A DNA stretch of 64,000 nt from contig CP166615.1 of NCBI GenBank assembly GCA_041937175.2, positions 864,001-928,000 on the forward strand, written 5' to 3'. This document shows positions 60,916 through 64,000 of the stretch, piece after piece. A program made the position numbers and the translations under genes. The notes under the pieces were generated by a model that made no database searches, was not told where the DNA came from, and saw only the letters and a program-made list of their open reading frames with translations. Each line of letters begins with the position of its first letter. The first letter of the stretch is position 1. Origin of the DNA: Limnothrix sp. BL-A-16. Lineage in GTDB: Bacteria; Cyanobacteriota; Cyanobacteriia; CACIAM-69d.

Positions 60916-63900
60916 ATGGACGCACAGCAGCAAACCGCATTGATTCAGCAGGCTTTGGATGCCAACCCCCAGGCGATCGCCCTGCTCATTCGCGATCGAC
61001 TGGAACCAACCATTACCGTGAAGGCGGCCCTGAAGGAGGGATGTTTATATCTGCTGCTAGCCGGTGAGCAAGCCCCTTCGGCCCGCTTGGCCTTGGAAAC
61101 CGTTGAACCGGCGATTGAGGATTTGGCCGTGGCCGGGTTGAATCGGGCCGTGATCCAATCGGTGAAGGTGGGTGGCCAAGCGCTGGATGAGCGATCGCCC
61201 AAATGGTGCTATCACATCGACTTGCCGCCCTTGCCCTATGGCCAAAATGACGATCAGGCAACAGACCCGATCGTCAACTTCTTGGAGTCCCAGGCGCAAA
61301 GCATGGCCAATGGCGTGGCGGCCTTGATCAGCGATCCGCCCTTGGCTGTCCTGTCGGACGTTGCTGGGCCGGAGTCCCAGAATGGTCATGGGGTTGCGGT
61401 GGCTTCACCTGAACCCGCGATCGATCCTGAACCCGCGATCGAGGTGGGAGAGGATTTGGACTTGGTGACTGATTCTGATGCAGCGTTGTCTGATTCAGCG
61501 CTGTCTGATTCAGGGGGCGAGGTGGCGGCTGATGCGATCGAAATTCCGATCGAAATTCCAACCGATCTTTTAGCCGAAGACGCAACCAGCAGCTCAACCG
61601 AAGAGGCAACTGAGGATTTCCCCAAAGACGCAACCAGCAGCTCAACCGAAAACACAACCGGAGATGTGACCGAGGACTGCAATCAGTCAGCGGCCACGGA
61701 TCTTGACCGACCGGATCTAGACCCGATCGCCCCAGAGTCGATCGCCCCGGAAGTCATCACGCCGGAAGAAATACCAACTCCACCATTGCCCGCCCCCACG
61801 GAAGCGACCCAACTGCAAGCCACCTTGGCCGCCCTGACGGGTTTGGCCAGCACCCTGGAAAAGGCGGCAGCCTCTCTGATCACGGCTGTGGGGTCGATCG
61901 CCCCGTCGCCGTTGGCGGCTCCCGAGTTGAGTGCTGCGGAGTCGATCGCGCCGGCCGTTGAATCGGTGGAAATAGCTGAATCAACACCTGAGCCAGAACC
62001 CGTACCAGAACTCGCATCAGAAACAGAGGAACCCGATGCCCCGATCGCGGTGGATGGGCAGGACTTAGGGGCGATCGATGTCCTGGACTCGTTGCCCCCA
62101 GAGGAACCCAGCGAACTAGAGCCAGATACCCTCAGTCTGGATCCCGATGCCTTGGCCCTCACCGAAGCAGAGTTAGCCGACTGGGCCGCGATCGAGGAAG
62201 AAGGCATGGCGGAACCCAATCCCGAGGCCCTGGCTCCGGAACCGGAACCGGCGATCGACTCCTTACCCGAGCTGGAAACCTTGGTGGAACCAGCGATCGA
62301 CTCAGCAACCCTGATTGATGAGTTAACCAGCGATGCCGCGATTGATGAAATGATCGACGAAACGATCGAAGAGGTCATGGATGAGGCGGCGGAACTGGTC
62401 GATGAGCTGGCGGCTGATTCCGAGCTGGTGGATGCCTTAGAAGACACGGAAAATTTGCTGGAATCCCCTGGCACGTTGGGAGATGACGGGGCGAGCCTGG
62501 ACTCCGATCGAGAAGCAGCGATCGACCCGATCGACCTCGCAGAGCCGGCCACCGAGCCAACGGAAATTTCCCCAACGCCAGAATCAGAGCCGATCGGGAC
62601 AGTTTTGGCCGCGATCGCCCCAGACAGCGGCAAAACCATCGCTGAAAAAGTGACCGACGCAATCAGCAGTCTGGTGCAGTTGGTGGAACATCATCCCAAC
62701 GCGGACGTGAACACGGCGTTGGCGGCGATCGCTCGGCTGAGCGCTTTGGCCAGTCCGCCTTTGGTAGCTGCTCCGGAGCCAATCGCCTTAAGCCAATCGC
62801 CTGAACTCTCCTCAGAACCCTTAGAGCCAGCCGCGATCGACTCAGCGAATCTGGAATTACCCAATCCAGAATTACTTGATCCGGCACTCGTTGATCCAGA
62901 AACTCAGGAACCAACTGATCTAGAACCAATTGATCTAGAACCGATCGATTCAGAACTAACTGATCAAGAACTAACCGATCAAGACCTCAGCGATCTGCAA
63001 TTGGACTTGACTGAATCGGATGAATTGAATGATTCAACTGATTTAACTGATGCGCAGGATTCTGATCAGTTGATCGCTCTAGACCAGCTACCGGAACTGC
63101 CAGAGATTGCAGAACTCGCTCAGGAAGAAACTGACCCGATCGGGGAACTGGATGATGAATTAACCAGTGATGAACTTGGCGATGAATTCGATGAATTCAG
63201 TGATCAGTTGGCTAGTGAACTGGGTGATGAATTAACCAGTGATGAACTGGATAATGAATTAACAGGTGATGAACTGGATGATGAATTGAGCCTGGTTGAT
63301 GAAGATCTAGCCGGTGAAGATCTAACCGAACCACTAGCCAGTGCAGACCCAGAAATCGCGCAGCCTGGCACAGCCGAAACGGAACTGATTGTAGAACCCA
63401 CAACCATCAGCCCTCGGGAAGCCCTCAGCACCATTGCGCAACTGACCCAACTGGCAGAACATCGCAGCGATCTGGATCTGAACGCCGCGATCGCCACGAT
63501 CGCCCGTTTGGCTGGCTTTGCTCCCGAGCCGATCGCCCCGCCGCCAGAACCACCTCCCGCAACGGCGGCCCCCACTGAAGCGACAGACTCAGAATCGGCA
63601 GTCGTTTCTGAATCGGCCGCAATTGTTGACGAATTGGAAGAGAGTGCTGAATTAGCTGAATCAGAAGATCCTGAATCAGAAGCACTGGATTTGGAACCAG
63701 AAGGGGCGATCGATTCCTCGGAGGATCTATCAGACCTATCCGATGATTTATCCGATTTGTCAGACTTGGCTGATCTATCGGATTTGGCCGATTTAGATTC
63801 AACGACTGTTGAGATAACTGACCCGATCGAGCCAGCTCCTCCCGAGGTGATGGCCGAGGATTTAGCCGATGAATTAGCTGAAGATGATCTAGCTGAATTA

Positions 63901-64000
63901 GCTGATTTGGCTGAAGAAGTTGAGCCAGATGATTTATCAGACTTGACCGATTTATCAGACCCGATCGAGCCAAACAATGTCGATGAAAACATTGATGAAA
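60916..64000 (+). CDS. Very large acidic low-complexity protein (>1028 aa; 3' end outside the window) with a folded cyanobacterial N-terminal domain
   Basis: ATG 60916 after GGAG: MDAQQQTALIQQALDANPQAIALLIRDRLEPTITVKAALKEGCLYLLL...; the same frame stays open and D/E/P/A-rich to the window end (...PIEPNNVDENIDE). Absent from the ORF track. Confidence 0.85.
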   Translation, partial: MDAQQQTALIQQALDANPQAIALLIRDRLEPTITVKAALKEGCLYLLLAGEQAPSARLALETVEPAIEDLAVAGLNRAVIQSVKVGGQALDERSPKWCYHIDLPPLPYGQNDDQATDPIVNFLESQAQSMANGVAALISDPPLAVLSDVAGPESQNGHGVAVASPEPAIDPEPAIEVGEDLDLVTDSDAALSDSALSDSGGEVAADAIEIPIEIPTDLLAEDATSSSTEEATEDFPKDATSSSTENTTGDVTEDCNQSAATDLDRPDLDPIAPESIAPEVITPEEIPTPPLPAPTEATQLQATLAALTGLASTLEKAAASLITAVGSIAPSPLAAPELSAAESIAPAVESVEIAESTPEPEPVPELASETEEPDAPIAVDGQDLGAIDVLDSLPPEEPSELEPDTLSLDPDALALTEAELADWAAIEEEGMAEPNPEALAPEPEPAIDSLPELETLVEPAIDSATLIDELTSDAAIDEMIDETIEEVMDEAAELVDELAADSELVDALEDTENLLESPGTLGDDGASLDSDREAAIDPIDLAEPATEPTEISPTPESEPIGTVLAAIAPDSGKTIAEKVTDAISSLVQLVEHHPNADVNTALAAIARLSALASPPLVAAPEPIALSQSPELSSEPLEPAAIDSANLELPNPELLDPALVDPETQEPTDLEPIDLEPIDSELTDQELTDQDLSDLQLDLTESDELNDSTDLTDAQDSDQLIALDQLPELPEIAELAQEETDPIGELDDELTSDELGDEFDEFSDQLASELGDELTSDELDNELTGDELDDELSLVDEDLAGEDLTEPLASADPEIAQPGTAETELIVEPTTISPREALSTIAQLTQLAEHRSDLDLNAAIATIARLAGFAPEPIAPPPEPPPATAAPTEATDSESAVVSESAAIVDELEESAELAESEDPESEALDLEPEGAIDSSEDLSDLSDDLSDLSDLADLSDLADLDSTTVEITDPIEPAPPEVMAEDLADELAEDDLAELADLAEEVEPDDLSDLTDLSDPIEPNNVDENIDE

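Noticed and set aside
61057..63992. Several Ser-rich minus-strand ORFs (e.g. 61683..62639, 63204..63992)
   Set aside because: Antisense readings of the GAT/GAA-rich acidic plus-strand gene.

Overview
Cyanobacterial chromosome segment, identified by ntcA, nirA-nrtABCD-narB, SLH-porins, a PatA-type regulator and very frequent CGATCG/HIP1 sites. A Limnothrix-like filamentous strain is plausible but cannot be established from this window. Most genes are housekeeping: ftsQ-ftsZ-thiD, gatB, scpA, an AMIN amidase, hisB-fabI/ntcA-DUF3084, the nitrate assimilation operon with a canonical NtcA+NtcB promoter, argG and a cbiG-cobJ fusion. Two very large ORFs run off the window ends and are absent from the ORF track: an AT-rich Ser/Thr kinase-AAA-GAF-PAS-PAS-His kinase (minus strand, 5677 to <1) and a >1000-aa acidic, largely disordered protein (plus strand, 60916 to >64000) after an orphan PatA-type regulator. 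Most interesting observations: (i) miniature TIR-bounded elements of at least two families inserted at CTAG sites (twice at stop codons) that share a GTAG-type REP-like palindrome, plus a nested REP doublet; (ii) a WecB/TagA glycosyltransferase fused to an array of MshEN-like (putative c-di-GMP-binding) repeats; (iii) a frameshifted NLR-like TPR gene with a Bell-like N-terminus but no NB-ARC domain; (iv) tandem porin paralogues with a homogenised SLH region; (v) the PatA plus acidic scaffold locus behind a 1.4-kb structured intergenic region. No rRNA, tRNA, CRISPR array or transposase gene was recognised. All family assignments are by eye, without database searches.
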